Shown here: positions 1 through 11,851 of the stretch, piece after piece
How positions within the stretch are numbered: position 1 is the first letter of the stretch
Layout: every line of letters starts with the position of its first letter
Source: Mantamonas sphyraenae STR306
Lineage: Eukaryota; Protista; CRuMs
NCBI GenBank assembly: GCA_026936335.1
Contig: JAPMXV010000050.1
Coordinates: 1 to 64,000 of the forward strand
DNA length: 64,000 nt
Direction of reading: 5' to 3'
The notes under the pieces: model-generated
Databases searched by the model: none
What the model was told of the DNA's origin: nothing
The model's input: only the letters and a program-made list of their open reading frames with translations
Position numbers and translations under genes: made by a program

Positions 1-220
1 CCTAACCCTAACCCTAACCCTAACCCTAACCCTAACCCTAACCCTAACCCTAACCCTAACCCTAACCCTAACCCTAACCCTAACCCTAACCCTAACCCTA
101 ACCCTAACCCTAACCCTAACCCTAACCCTAACCCTAACCCTAACCCTAACCCTAACCCCTAACATTAACCCTAACCCTAACCCTAACCCTAACCCTAACC
201 CTAACCCTATCCTAACTCTA
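1..220. repeat. Telomeric (CCCTAA)n / (TTAGGG)n array, degenerate at the inner edge
   Basis: Perfect CCCTAA repeats to ~156, then variants (CCCCTAA, CATTAA, CCCTAT, CTCTA) before unique sequence. Confidence 0.98.
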
Positions 221-481
221 TATGGTGTATATGTGTGGTGAGACCGGTCTAGGTTGTGTGAGTTGTGCTTGTGTTAGCTGGCGGGGTGGCTGAGTTGGGT
301 GGTGACATGGGGCAGTGGGCATTGGGTGGGAGTGGAAATGTCGCTTGTGAGTGGCCGTAGTCCTGCAACGCCGCGCAGTCAGCACTGCCCATCCGCCTTC
401 AACCAAAACATCACCAACACCCACAACACCCTCCACCTGTCCAACACAATCCACATACACTCCAGTACCACCACCACCACC

Positions 482-3400
482 ATGGACAACGACTACTCAA
501 GCACTCCGAAGCAACAACACACACCCAACACCTACCCAGCGTGCGTTCTGCCTTCCACTCCGTTTTCTGACCGCCCGGCTTCTCCCGCTTCCACGCCTCC
601 TCCATGCCTCTGTCGCCTCCTTGCACCTCTCCCTTGCATCTTCACTTCCCCATCACCACCGTTGCTGCCTTCTCCGCTCTTCTCCAATCCCCTCTCCCCT
701 GTCACTGCCCTCCTCGTTGCCATTTTCCCCGTCTGCCAATCTCCTCCGTTTTTCCCTCCCTGCTCGTTCCAGCCTCCCTTCACCCCTGCTTCTGCTCTGA
801 CGGCGTCCATTCCGCCTTCCGCTCACCGTTCCCACACCGCCCTCACCCTCTCCGTCTCCCCACAGCTACGGGTACTTGGTGCCCCCCATGGTCGCCCAGC
901 CGTTTCCGAACATGCAGATGCCCGCCTCTGGCGTACAAAACCAGTACCAGCACCCACAGCCACCCATCATCTGGGTCCCTGTCAACACCTACTCTCAGCA
1001 GCACCACGCATATGCTCATCAGGGCCACCCATACTACGCCTACCCTCCTCCGCCGCCTCCTCAGCCGCGACAAACCGCCCAGATGCACTTCGCTCAGCCT
1101 CCGTTTCACCGTCCGCCTGCTCAACCCACCACAAACCACAACCGCGTCCCCAAACGCATCAGCCCTGCCTTTGTTGGCATCACACGGACCACATCCACCA
1201 CCACATCGTCGTCCTCCTCCCACCAGGTCACACGGCAGACTGGAGACAGCGACGACGACGACGCAGACCAAGACACACACACACATGACACCGGCGACGT
1301 GGAGGACCTGATGTTCCTGAACTTTGGCCACCGTGAACCACGGTCAATCACCAGCAACTCAGAGTGGATGACCAGCTCAGGGATGGAGGCGTATGAAGAA
1401 GACGGCGAGGCAAAGGACTCAACCCAGCAGCACGTGGACGACGAGTTGGAAACTCAGGGTCCACTCAGCTCTGCAGACACCGGTGATGCCATGGATGAGG
1501 AGTACATGCCGCAAGACGAGAGCGACGACGACGCAGACGACACGGAGCAGGAGGACACGGACGAATGGCAGCCGAGACGCACAGGAAGAGGCCGCACACG
1601 ACGACATAGAGGCCACATTAGTCGTCGTACTGGTCCACAAATGATGAAAAGCAGCAAACAGCGCAGGCTCAGGATCACGGCTGGCAGTGGCACAGAGACA
1701 GGAACGTCGAGCACACGGGCAAGGAGGGCCAAGAACGGAGACAACGGCGCACGGAAGAACGCGTGCGATGACAAGACGAACAAGTTGCCAGATGGTGTTG
1801 TGCGCATAGGGTGGTCGATGAACTGGCGAAAGAGCGAGCGCATGCACAGCAACAAGAAGGAGCACACGGCTCTGCTGAACCACATGCACACCCTGGCCAA
1901 CGAGCATCCCATCGACAACATCCCCGACATCATGACCCTGCAGGCGCGTGTTGTGGTCTGCCATGGCACACTGAAAACGCTTGTCCGACAGATTCAGCTC
2001 GCTCTGGGTAACATTCCCCTCTCCCAGGGCGACATGGCCCTCTGCCTCACCCTTCTCGGTCACGACATTGATCAACAGGAATGCAGCCATTCCATCCTCC
2101 AGGCTGGTCTGGCCATGGGTGTGACAAAGGCTGGGTTGAAGGTGTGCTGGATGGAGGAGCCACACGACCACGGCGACCCCAACTACGCCCTCCTCCACCT
2201 GCTCATGACAGAGATGGACATACTTGGCGACAGGCCCCATCCCACCACCTGGAAGGAGCACGGGCAGACCCAGCTGTGGCTGCAGAAAGCACGACGCCCT
2301 GCTGACAGCAACAGCGACCCACACTGGACACAATGCGACTACGACCACCACCTCACCACCACCACCAAGTTGAGCAAGTGGCATCCTGAGTCTGTGCGCA
2401 GTGGCTGGAACAAAGGTCCCAGCGACGAGCGTGGCAGCTGCACGGCGCGGGAGTTCCAGAATCTGCTGGCACACATGAAGGCACGCGCAGCCAATCACCC
2501 ACGCCACCAGTACGCACACGAGGAACAGGCACTGCGTGAGCTGATCAACAATGGTAGCCAGCTGTCCCTTGTGCGACACATCATCCTGGCGCTGGGCAAC
2601 GTTGGCGTGCCACCTGTCGACCTGGCCTTCTTTGTCCGCCTCCTCAGGCCACGCTCCACCTACAAGCATCTGCAAGGTGCCTTCAGCGCCACCCTCACCC
2701 GCGGCGTCACCTCCCTCTCCCTCAAGATCGCCTGGCTCGACAACCCCCAACCCAGCGACGCCACACTGCACACCCTCCTCCTCACCCTCATCGACCGCAT
2801 CACACCCCACATCACCACCCGCCCCACCACCATCGACGCCGTGAACGCCCTCGACATCCCCGAGCTTGTTCTTCCCGAGCCCACCGAGGAGGAGATGCTG
2901 GCCGTGGAGGATGGACTGCCAGATGGTGTTGTGCGCAGAGGCTGGACGTTTTGGCGCAAGAGCGAGCGCATGCACAGCAACAAGAAGGAGCACACGGCAC
3001 TGCTGAACCACATGCACACTCTGGCCAACGAGCATCCCATCGACAACATCCCTGACCCCATGACCCTGCAGGCGCGTGTTGTGGTCTGCCATGGCACCCT
3101 GTTGACGCTGGTCAGACAGATTCAGCTCGCTCTGGGCAACATTCCACTCTCCCAGGGCGACATGGCCCTCTTCCTCACCCTTCTCGGCCGCGAGATGGAT
3201 CAACCGGCGTGCAGTGCTGCCATCCTCCACGCTGGTCTGGCCATGGGTGTGACAAAGGCTGGGTTGAAGGTGTGCTGGCTGGAGGAGCCACACGACCATG
3301 GCGACCCCAACTACGCCCTCCTCCACCTCCTCCTGACAGAGATTGACACTCTCGGCGACAGGCCCCATCCCACCACCTGGAAGGAGCACAAGCAGACCCA

Positions 3401-4070
3401 GCTGCGGCTGCAGGAAGCAAGACGCCCTGCTCACAACGACAGCGACCCACACTGGACACAATGCGACTACGACCACCACCTCACCACCACCACGGTGGAC
3501 AAGTGGCATCCTGAGTCTGTGCGCAGTGGCTGGAGCAAGTCCCGGGGTGACGCGACCGACGAGCGTGGCAGCTGCACGGCGCGGGAGTTCCAGACGCTGC
3601 TGGCACACATGAAGACACGCGCAGCCAAGCACCATCGCCATCAGCACTCACACGAGTACCAGTCACTGCGTGAGCTGATCAACAACGGCAACCTGATGTC
3701 TCTGGTGCGACACATCATCCTGGCGCTGGGCAACATTGGCGTGCCGCCTGTCGACCTGGCCTTCTTTGTCCGTCTCCTCAGGCCACGCCTCACCTACAAT
3801 CATGTAAAAGGTGCCATCAGCCACACCGTCACCCGCGGCGTCACCTCCCTCTCCCTCAAGATCGCCTGGCTTGACACCCCCAAACCCAGCGACACCACAC
3901 TTCACACCCTCCTCCACACCCTCATCGACCGCATCACACCCCACATCACCACCCGTCCCACCACCCCCGCACTCGTCAACACCTACCCCATCCCCTCCTT
4001 CACCCTCCCCAAGCGCAAAGACCCTTCCTCCTCCTCCTCCTCCTCTTCCAAACGCCAACGCATCGAATGA
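482..4070 (+). CDS. Subtelomeric hypothetical protein with P/Q-rich and acidic N-terminus and a duplicated ~370-aa C-terminal module
   Basis: ATG at 482; intron 541-865 (GTGCGT...CACAG) joins in frame to ORF 876-4070; basic NLS-like stretches (RRTGRGRTRRHR, KRK...KRQR). Confidence 0.75.
1785..3965 (+). repeat. Intragenic tandem duplication, period ~1131 bp (copies start 1785 and 2916)
   Basis: Both copies read LPDGVVR.GW...WRKSERMHSNKKEHTALLNHMHTLANEHPIDNIPD...RITPHITTRPTT with near-identical DNA. Confidence 0.95.
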
Positions 4071-4645
4071 ACCCCCCCCCCCTCCCCCCCTGATGATGGG
4101 GTGATGGAGGTGGACACCCGCACCCGAACCCAGCGCCACTGCGTCCAAATGATTCCGGTGCTGCTGACGCCTACGCGTATGCGCCCAAAAGACCCTAAAG
4201 AGGTGGTGTCTGCGCTACGTGAGATTGCCACGCACGTGCAAACGCGTGAGTTCCGCACTACCGAGGGCACCGGATGGGGTATGAGCACACAACGACGTGC
4301 GGACGAAGAAAGTGGAGGAGTTTGACATCAGCGGCGGCGTGTGTGTGTGGGTTCCTGATCCGAGATCATCATTGTTGTTTTTGCCGATAACCCTCGCGTG
4401 CCTCATTGAAGTCATTCCCAGCGAAATCAACCGTTGGGAAAACCCCGTCAAGGAGCCGGAGCACGGAATTGTGGACACCAGGCTGCTGGCCGTCGTGCAG
4501 GTCCCACCCAAAACCGACACGGTATCCATTGCCAAGCATCAGAGTGTGCAAAAGCAGTGGCTTCGTTGCGTGCTATGAAGGGGAAACGAGTATCTTCCTG
4601 ACCACGCCCTGCCCACCCAACAAAAACGCGGCTCGCCTGCTTGTC

Positions 4646-5713
4646 ATGTCCACTGCCTCCGCCCCACCTCTCGTCCTGGACATCGGCACACACACCACCC
4701 GCGTCAACCTCGCTTCCGAGACGGAGCCTCATGCCTTTCCCACGGCCCTGGCCGTCAGCGACTCGGGCGAGATTTCCATCGGCCACGACGCCCTCAACAA
4801 CACAACGGCCACCCAGTACACGGTTGTCGACGGCACCACATACGACACCAACCAGTTGTCCACCTTCATCAGCCACATCTGTGCTCAGCTCCTGCAGGTC
4901 GACCCCAGCGAGCACCCTCTCCTCTTTGTCGTCTCCCCTCTCGTCTCCACCGACACCAAGGACACGCTCACCGACATCCTCCTCAACACCCTGTCCTTTC
5001 CATCTCTCTACCTCGCCGACGCCGCCCTGCTCAGCCTGTTTGCTGCTGGCCGGACCGACGGGCTCGTCCTCCTCTCTGGCGCCGTCCACACTGTCGCCGT
5101 GCCCATCCACGATGCCAAAGTCATACCCGACGGTGTACGCAGCATGGAACTCGCCGGCCGTGCCCTCACCGCGCAAATGCAAGCCCTCCTCGCGCCAAAC
5201 TTTCCAGGCGTCGACCTCGACGTCGCCCAGCTGCTCAAAGAGCACCGTGCGTACGTTTCCATGGACCCATACGCCGAAGAGAAGCAGCAGGACGACTCTC
5301 TGGAGTCCACATACAGCTACGATGGCGGTGACGTGATCGCTCTCACCACCGAGCGCTTCCAATGCCCCGAGACCCTTTTCCAGCCCTCTCGTCTCGGATA
5401 CGAGGTCGACAGCATCCACCTGATGATCAACAACGCCATCAACGCCTGCGATGCCGACCTGCGCGACACGCTGTGGCAAAGTGTCGTTCTCGCCGGCGCC
5501 TCCACCCTCTTCCCTGAATTGCCCGAGCGCCTTTTCCAAGAGCTCGTGCGTTTCCTCCCTTCTGGTGAGACTCCCAAGGTCATCGCCCCCCCGGAGCGCG
5601 CCAACTCTCCCTGGATCGGTGGCCAAATCTTTGCAAACCTCAAAGACCACGACGACGAAGCCGCCGCCTTCTTCATCGCAACACAAGACGGTGGAAAGTC
5701 ATCATCTTCATAA
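4646..5713 (+). CDS. Divergent actin-related protein
   Basis: Actin-like motifs LVLDIG, DPSEHPLL, LSLFAAGRTDGLV, ELAGRALT, ERFQCPETLFQPS, CDADLRDTL, VIAPPER, WIGG. Confidence 0.9.
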   Translation: MSTASAPPLVLDIGTHTTRVNLASETEPHAFPTALAVSDSGEISIGHDALNNTTATQYTVVDGTTYDTNQLSTFISHICAQLLQVDPSEHPLLFVVSPLVSTDTKDTLTDILLNTLSFPSLYLADAALLSLFAAGRTDGLVLLSGAVHTVAVPIHDAKVIPDGVRSMELAGRALTAQMQALLAPNFPGVDLDVAQLLKEHRAYVSMDPYAEEKQQDDSLESTYSYDGGDVIALTTERFQCPETLFQPSRLGYEVDSIHLMINNAINACDADLRDTLWQSVVLAGASTLFPELPERLFQELVRFLPSGETPKVIAPPERANSPWIGGQIFANLKDHDDEAAAFFIATQDGGKSSSS

Positions 5714-5748
5714 ACATTTGTACAAAATCACACCCTCAGCATCAGCAA

Positions 5749-6564
5749 CTACTGCAGCAGCAGCAGCATTCGCAGCAAATCCCTGCCAACTCCCGCATCC
5801 AACTCGTTCGCGTCCGCCCCGCCCTCCACCAACACCGTCATCATGTCCACGTCATCTCTTGTCACTGCCATCATCAATGCTGTCTGACCACCGTTGGTCC
5901 GAGGGGAACAATCCGCTCCAGCGGCCAGCAGCAACCTCGCAATCTCCACATTCCCGTTCACAACTGCCAGACACAGCGCGGTCCATCCGTTTGACGTCTG
6001 CATATTCACATCCGCGCCGTACGCCAGCAAAATCTCCACCATCTCCACTTTCCCGCTCGACGAGGCCTGCATCAACGCTGTGCGGCCATCCTCCTCCTGA
6101 ATGTTCGCGGCTGCCCCTCCCTCCAGCAGTGCCACCACCGTCCTCACCGGCGCAGAACCAGCCGTTGCAACAAGAACAGGTGTATCCCACGTGTCCATCT
6201 CCTGATCCACGTCCACACCGGCCGCAGACAAATACTCGACAACTCGCCAGTGTCCATTTCCCGCTGCATGCCCCATGGCACCTTGCAACTCCGCCCCAGC
6301 CTCTACAAGCACTTTGACCACGTCCAGTGCAGCTAAATGCGCGGCCACAACCACCGCAGTCGATCCGTTCGCTGTTGTGGCCTCCAAATCGGCTCCTGCG
6401 TCCACCAACAACTTTGCGGTCCTCGCCTTGTTTCTACTCGCCGCAAACAGCAGTGCCGTCCACCCGTGCTCATACTTGGCATTCACATCCACCTCTTTCA
6501 ACAGTTCCCGCGCATCCTCCACGTCGTCAGCCCCCACGGCTGCCCAAAACGCGCTGCTCGTCAT
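5749..6564 (-). CDS. Ankyrin repeat protein
   Basis: Repeated GWTALLFAA / GRTALMQAS / GWTALCLAV ... LL..GAD motifs; ATG at 6564. Confidence 0.9.
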   Translation of the reverse strand: MTSSAFWAAVGADDVEDARELLKEVDVNAKYEHGWTALLFAASRNKARTAKLLVDAGADLEATTANGSTAVVVAAHLAALDVVKVLVEAGAELQGAMGHAAGNGHWRVVEYLSAAGVDVDQEMDTWDTPVLVATAGSAPVRTVVALLEGGAAANIQEEDGRTALMQASSSGKVEMVEILLAYGADVNMQTSNGWTALCLAVVNGNVEIARLLLAAGADCSPRTNGGQTALMMAVTRDDVDMMTVLVEGGADANELDAGVGRDLLRMLLLLQ

Positions 6565-6605
6565 CCCTTGGCCCAACCAACGCAAAACCTCACAAATCTC
6601 GCACA

Positions 6606-9600
6606 ATGAAACGCACACACCCCCTCCTACTCCCCCTCCTCCTCCTCCTCCTCTTTTCCCTCTCCACACCTACACACGCTTCGCTCATCGACTGCCACGA
6701 GCTCCCGCTCCTCCCAGCCGCCCTCCAAACAGCGCCCCTCACACACTACACCTGGAACACATCCTCCCTCACGCACACAACCACCATCACCGTGTCAACG
6801 TCCTCCTCCCTCACGCTCGTCATCCCTGCGCAACCCTCTGGCCTCTCTGTCGCAAACGCCTCCTCCTCAACCGCGTACACGACCTTTCTCACCACAACGC
6901 TCACCGCAAACACTCCATTCGACATCCACTGGTCCGTGGCCGCTTCTTGGCAACCTGAAGACTGTGCATCCATCTTCATCCGCCTCACATTAAGCGCCGA
7001 CGTGACAAGTTCGCAATGCACACAAGCCACCACCCTCCCCACCACTCTCCTGTACGCTTCCCCCCCCCCCCTTTCCCACCAGCCCATCCCCCTCCCCCTC
7101 AACTAACCCCACCGCTCCCGCCCCCCTCCCCATTCAGCACCAATCTCGACAAAGCACTCGAAGGAAAGACCTCCTTTTCAGACTCGGCCACCGACCTGGC
7201 CCTCCACACCGCATCCAACCTCCTACTGCACACCTTCACCCTCCCACCCACGGCCACGGGCAACAAAATCTGGGAGGCCCGCCTCGCTCTCGGTGCCTCG
7301 GCCCCGAATGCCCTCCTGGTGCTCCAAGATGGCGCCTCGCAGACGCTCTCTTGCGACCCTGCCTCACAAGACACCATATGTTCCGTCTCCCAGGCCCTGC
7401 AATCTGACCAATACGTCATCTCTCGCATCCTCGCCTCGGGCACCTACTCGCTGTTCCTCCACTCCCCCACAAGCTGCACTGCGTACTCCCTGCAGCTCCG
7501 CCTGCGCCCCATCGACGGACCCGTCCGCAAAGACATGCGATGTGCTACTCGTGCCATGCCCCTTCCAAGTACATTTCACCTTCCGGGCCTCCTTGACAAG
7601 CAGGGCCGCCTCACCTTCCATGAGCGCGTCCTCGCACCAGTGTCGACCGCCCAACGCGTCTCCATCAACCTTGCGCAACCCGCATACCTACGTTTGGCCT
7701 ACCAAAGCGACATCGGCCACATTGCTGTTTCGGTCACCTGCGACACTGTCAACTACGCCCAGCTCCCGCCCGCACCCGCCAACGCAACCTTTCTCCTCCT
7801 TCCCAAATCCTCCTGTTCCATCTCCTTCTCCTTCACCCCAGGCACAGACCTCGGTGAATGTGCAGCCTTCACCCTCGCCGTCTCCGTTGCGCCTCGCGAT
7901 CTCGCACTGCCGTACGCAGACGCCTGCGACCAATCTCCCGTCACCCCTGACTTTAGCCAACTCGTCCACGACCTGGGATCAGGAGCTGACCCGTCCTTTT
8001 CCTCCCGTCCCGACCATCCCTACCAAGGCACTCAGTGGTCTCTCACACTCGCCCCAACCAAGCCAACCCGCCTCCGCATCGCGCTTCGCGCACACTTTCT
8101 TTCTTCCGCCGCCATCCTGCAAATACGTCCGCAAGGGAAACCATGGTGGACACATGCCTCCCTCACCCCGTATGGTTGTCTCCTCGACACCGTTCTGTCT
8201 CCCTCCACTCGGTATGACCTCCGCCTCCTCCCGCTCGCGCCCCGTCCTCCCTTCTGCGTCCGCTACACTCTCTCCATCGATGCGATGGCCCCGCATGCCG
8301 CCCCTCCTTGTACAGCCATTCCTCTTCCGAACTCCTTTGCCTCTCCCGGTCTCCTTGACCAGGCAGGCAACCTCCCTGTCCACATCACACAACCTGTCGT
8401 CGCACGCCAACAGCCCTTTGTCTTCACCCTCACCACCCCCATGGTCATCCGCCTCCAGGCCACCCTCAAGCCGGGACAATCTCTATTCCTTGCCAACGGC
8501 GACGGTACCCTTATTCGCATGGACGAACTCTCCCAGGCCCCAATCGAGGCATCCACCATCCTCCAACCAAGCGATTACTCCTTCTCTCTCCTCGGGACAT
8601 CAAGTGACTCCACCTCATGCTCTCCCATCCCGCTCCAGCTCTCCCTAATCCCTCTGTCCGACCGTCCAACCGCCACCGGCTGCGTCAAATCCAACCACCC
8701 GCCGATCTCCCTTTTCGATGACTACCAACTTCCCTTCTTCTCTTACGCCTCCTACTACTTCTCTCAGTCCTCCCTGCCGCGCAATCGCTTCGCAACCTCG
8801 CTTCCACTTACCATCAAGCAAGACTTTGTCCGCATTCGTGCAGAGGCAAGCTTTGATTTCCCCTGGATGGCCGTTGGCATCGACATTGCCCCCACAGGCT
8901 CCACCACAGGAAACGCCATCAACAGTCTCCAAGCCTCCAACAGGGAGTGGATTGGCCCTGTCGTCCTCGCACGCGGCTCCTACGTCCTTCGCGTGCAAGA
9001 GCGCACAAACGTCCACGCAGATTCCAGACATTGCTCCCTCTACACCCTCAAGATTGAGATGGAAGAGCTCCTGTCATCTCCAGCAGACGCGCCCCATGTT
9101 CTGGACGCGTGCCCTGCCGCCCGCTTGCCCTCAACCCTCGACCCCTGGATCTCCCATGCCCTCCGTCCGATCCGCATATCCCAAACGCCTCACAACACAC
9201 TCATCCGCGTCCTGCAGAACTCAGACTTTCGTCTTCGCCTCCTCCCGCAGCCACAAACCGCTGGCAAAGTGGCTCTCATCTCATCCACAGACAACTCCGT
9301 CGTCGCCTCTGCCACTCTCTCCCCCTCCGACGATGCCTCCCTCTTCCACACCCTCCTGCCGGGGAACTACCACCTGCGCCTTGCGCTCGCCAACACAGAC
9401 GGCAGCGACGGATGCAAAGCCGTCGCTGCTGAATTTGCTCTCGGCCAGTCACGACCCACACCCTGCACAGACGACTCTTCTGTGACCCCCCTTCCCGACT
9501 CAACACCCGCCCTTCCTGTGGGAGAGCTGTGGACCGGCATCCTGCGTGGCCAGACCTGGACGGGCACCGTTCCCGCGCTCCCAGACGCACGTTTCGTCCA

Positions 9601-11830
9601 CATCTGGCTCTCCTACGACTTTCTCCGCGCCCCCACCACCGTCACTATCCTTCAGCAAGGAGAGACCGCACCCGTGCACCCGCCTGCATTTGCCTACGCA
9701 CGCTGGATGCGCCACCAACTCCGTCCAAACATTCCCGCCACCATCACCGTGCAACGTACTCCGCCTCTCGCCTGCAACGACTCTTCCATACACATCCTCA
9801 TCTCCGACGCCCAAGATGCCGTGTGGCACGAGCAACACGCAGGAACCCTCCCGGAGCCCTCCACCTGCCCACACGCGGCCTCTCTCCCGGCGACCCTCAC
9901 CGAAGGCACACGGCACACATGGGACGCTCTCACCGTCCCTGCGGACCTCCATGAGCACGAAACCGATTCCACCCACCTCCTCATCCGCAACACCTCTCTA
10001 CTCCACCTCCAGACCTCTGCCCCGGCCGATCTCGAGCTCTACACAGGCACAGACGGCAACCGCACCCTTTCGCGCCTCATTTCTGTTTCCACACGCTCTG
10101 TCCTTGTTGCCATCTCCACAAATGCCACCCTTGTGCTCCGCTACGCTCCCACCGCCACTCCCTGCGCCTCGTTTTGGGCAGACCTCGCCCTCACCTCCGC
10201 CCACGCCTGTGCCACCACACCTCCTCCAGGCGACAGCGTCCCGTCTGCCCAAGATGCAACTCACCTCGCGTGGGTCCTCGACGCTCTCGTCATCGCAAAC
10301 ACGACTTCTCGTTCCTGGACCACACGCATCACCGTGCCATCCAACGCCTCCCTCAGCGCCGCTGCTGGCGGTGCACCCTTCGTTTCCTTTTCCATGGACC
10401 TCTCCATCGTTGCCGTGCCCGACAACACGCTCGTTGCCGCCTCCGTGGTCACCCACCTGCCCGCCGCAAACACCACCCGTGCAGAAATCCTCGACGTACA
10501 GCTGTTTGCCGGCCAGTACGACCTCACCCTAACCATCGACACGCCTCTTCCAACCATCTGCGCTTCACGAATCTGGTACCAGGCCATCGCGCACCCGCTC
10601 CTCCCAGCCGTCGTCCGACAGGTCGTCCCGTCTTCTGGCCTGGCCATGGATCCGACTCGCCCTCTCCGCATCGAGATTTGGGGCAGAGATCCTGCACGCA
10701 CGTACCTCCTCAACAACAACCTGGCCCCTTCCTCGCGCTCCGCAGATATGTTTGGCAAGCGCATCGTCCTCACCTGGCTCCCATCCCTCCTTGCCTACAA
10801 CGCACGCTACGTCCTCGATGTCGACGGAACCCCACACATCTACCAAATGGCAGACTGCGGCTGCCATGGCCACGGCGACTGCCTCGCAAACGGCACCTGC
10901 CGCTGCTACGACGGCTACGACGGCTCAGGCTGCCTCGACTGCGCTTCGGGCTACATCCCAGCCCATGGACTCTGCAGCCCCGCGCGACCTTGCAATTGCC
11001 ACGCACGCGGTGACTGTGACCCCCTCTCGGGCACCTGCCTCAACTGCACACACCCGTATTCGGGGCCCCAGTGCACAGACTGCATCAAAGGCTTTGATCT
11101 CCTCGCAAACGGCTCCTGTGTTCCTGTCGTCCCGGTCAACAAAAGCCTCATCATCTGCAACGCACGTGGCACCTACCGTGACTCGACATGCCACTGCTTC
11201 CCTCCGTGGGGCGGTCCCCACTGCAAAAACTGCGCCCCGGGCTTCCTCCCCATCCTCTCTCCTTCCGGCATGCAGTGCACTCCCTCCTGCCAGGGTCGCT
11301 GCGGCCCAAACGGCGACTGTGACCTTGACCTCAACATCTGCGAGTGCCACGCGCGTTTCACTGGCCCTGCCTGCGACGCATGCACCCATCCCTGGGTGCT
11401 CCTCCCCAATTGCACTGGCGACCCTCCCACCGCCTCGCAGCCCTCCCAGTACCCGTGGGACATCTCCTGGACCCCAGAACGCCGCCTTGCAGTTGGCCTC
11501 ACCGTCGGCATCGTCATCTTTGTCTCCACCATCCTCTGCTGCTGGCGCCGCATCAAGGCCTTCCTCCTCGGACGCGACTCGGGCTATGTGCCCGTCTTTG
11601 AGCTTGACGACGTTGGTCAGCTGCGCAATCTAAAGCGCCGAGTCGTCGAGCGTGACGACGATCTGGAGGCGCTCACCGCTCCCCGTTCCCGCACCACAGA
11701 CTCCCACGCCGACGACGACACCGCCGACGACGATGACAACGACGAACTCAACGCTCTCGTGCAGCAGGACAGTGCAGTCGACGATGTCATTGCCGCCCTC
11801 GAAGGCGAACTCGACGCAACCCTCGCCTGA
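6606..11830 (+). CDS. Large type I membrane protein with C-terminal EGF/laminin-EGF-like repeats
   Basis: Signal peptide MKRTHPLLLPLLLLLLFSLSTPTHA; intron 7052-7137 (GTACGC, ACTAAC branch, CAG) joins in frame to ORF 7016-11830; Cys-rich repeats (CHGHGDC...CRCYDGYDGSGC); TM helix LAVGLTVGIVIFVSTILCCW; acidic tail. Confidence 0.88.
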
Positions 11831-11851
11831 GCCAATTAAACCCACACTCCC

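Noticed and set aside
876-4070. Telomere-specific retrotransposon or other mobile element
   Set aside because: No RT, endonuclease, integrase or transposase motifs, and no poly(A) tail or terminal repeats seen
4071-4645. Short ORFs between the subtelomeric gene and the actin-like gene
   Set aside because: No motifs, no clear codon bias and no convincing splice model
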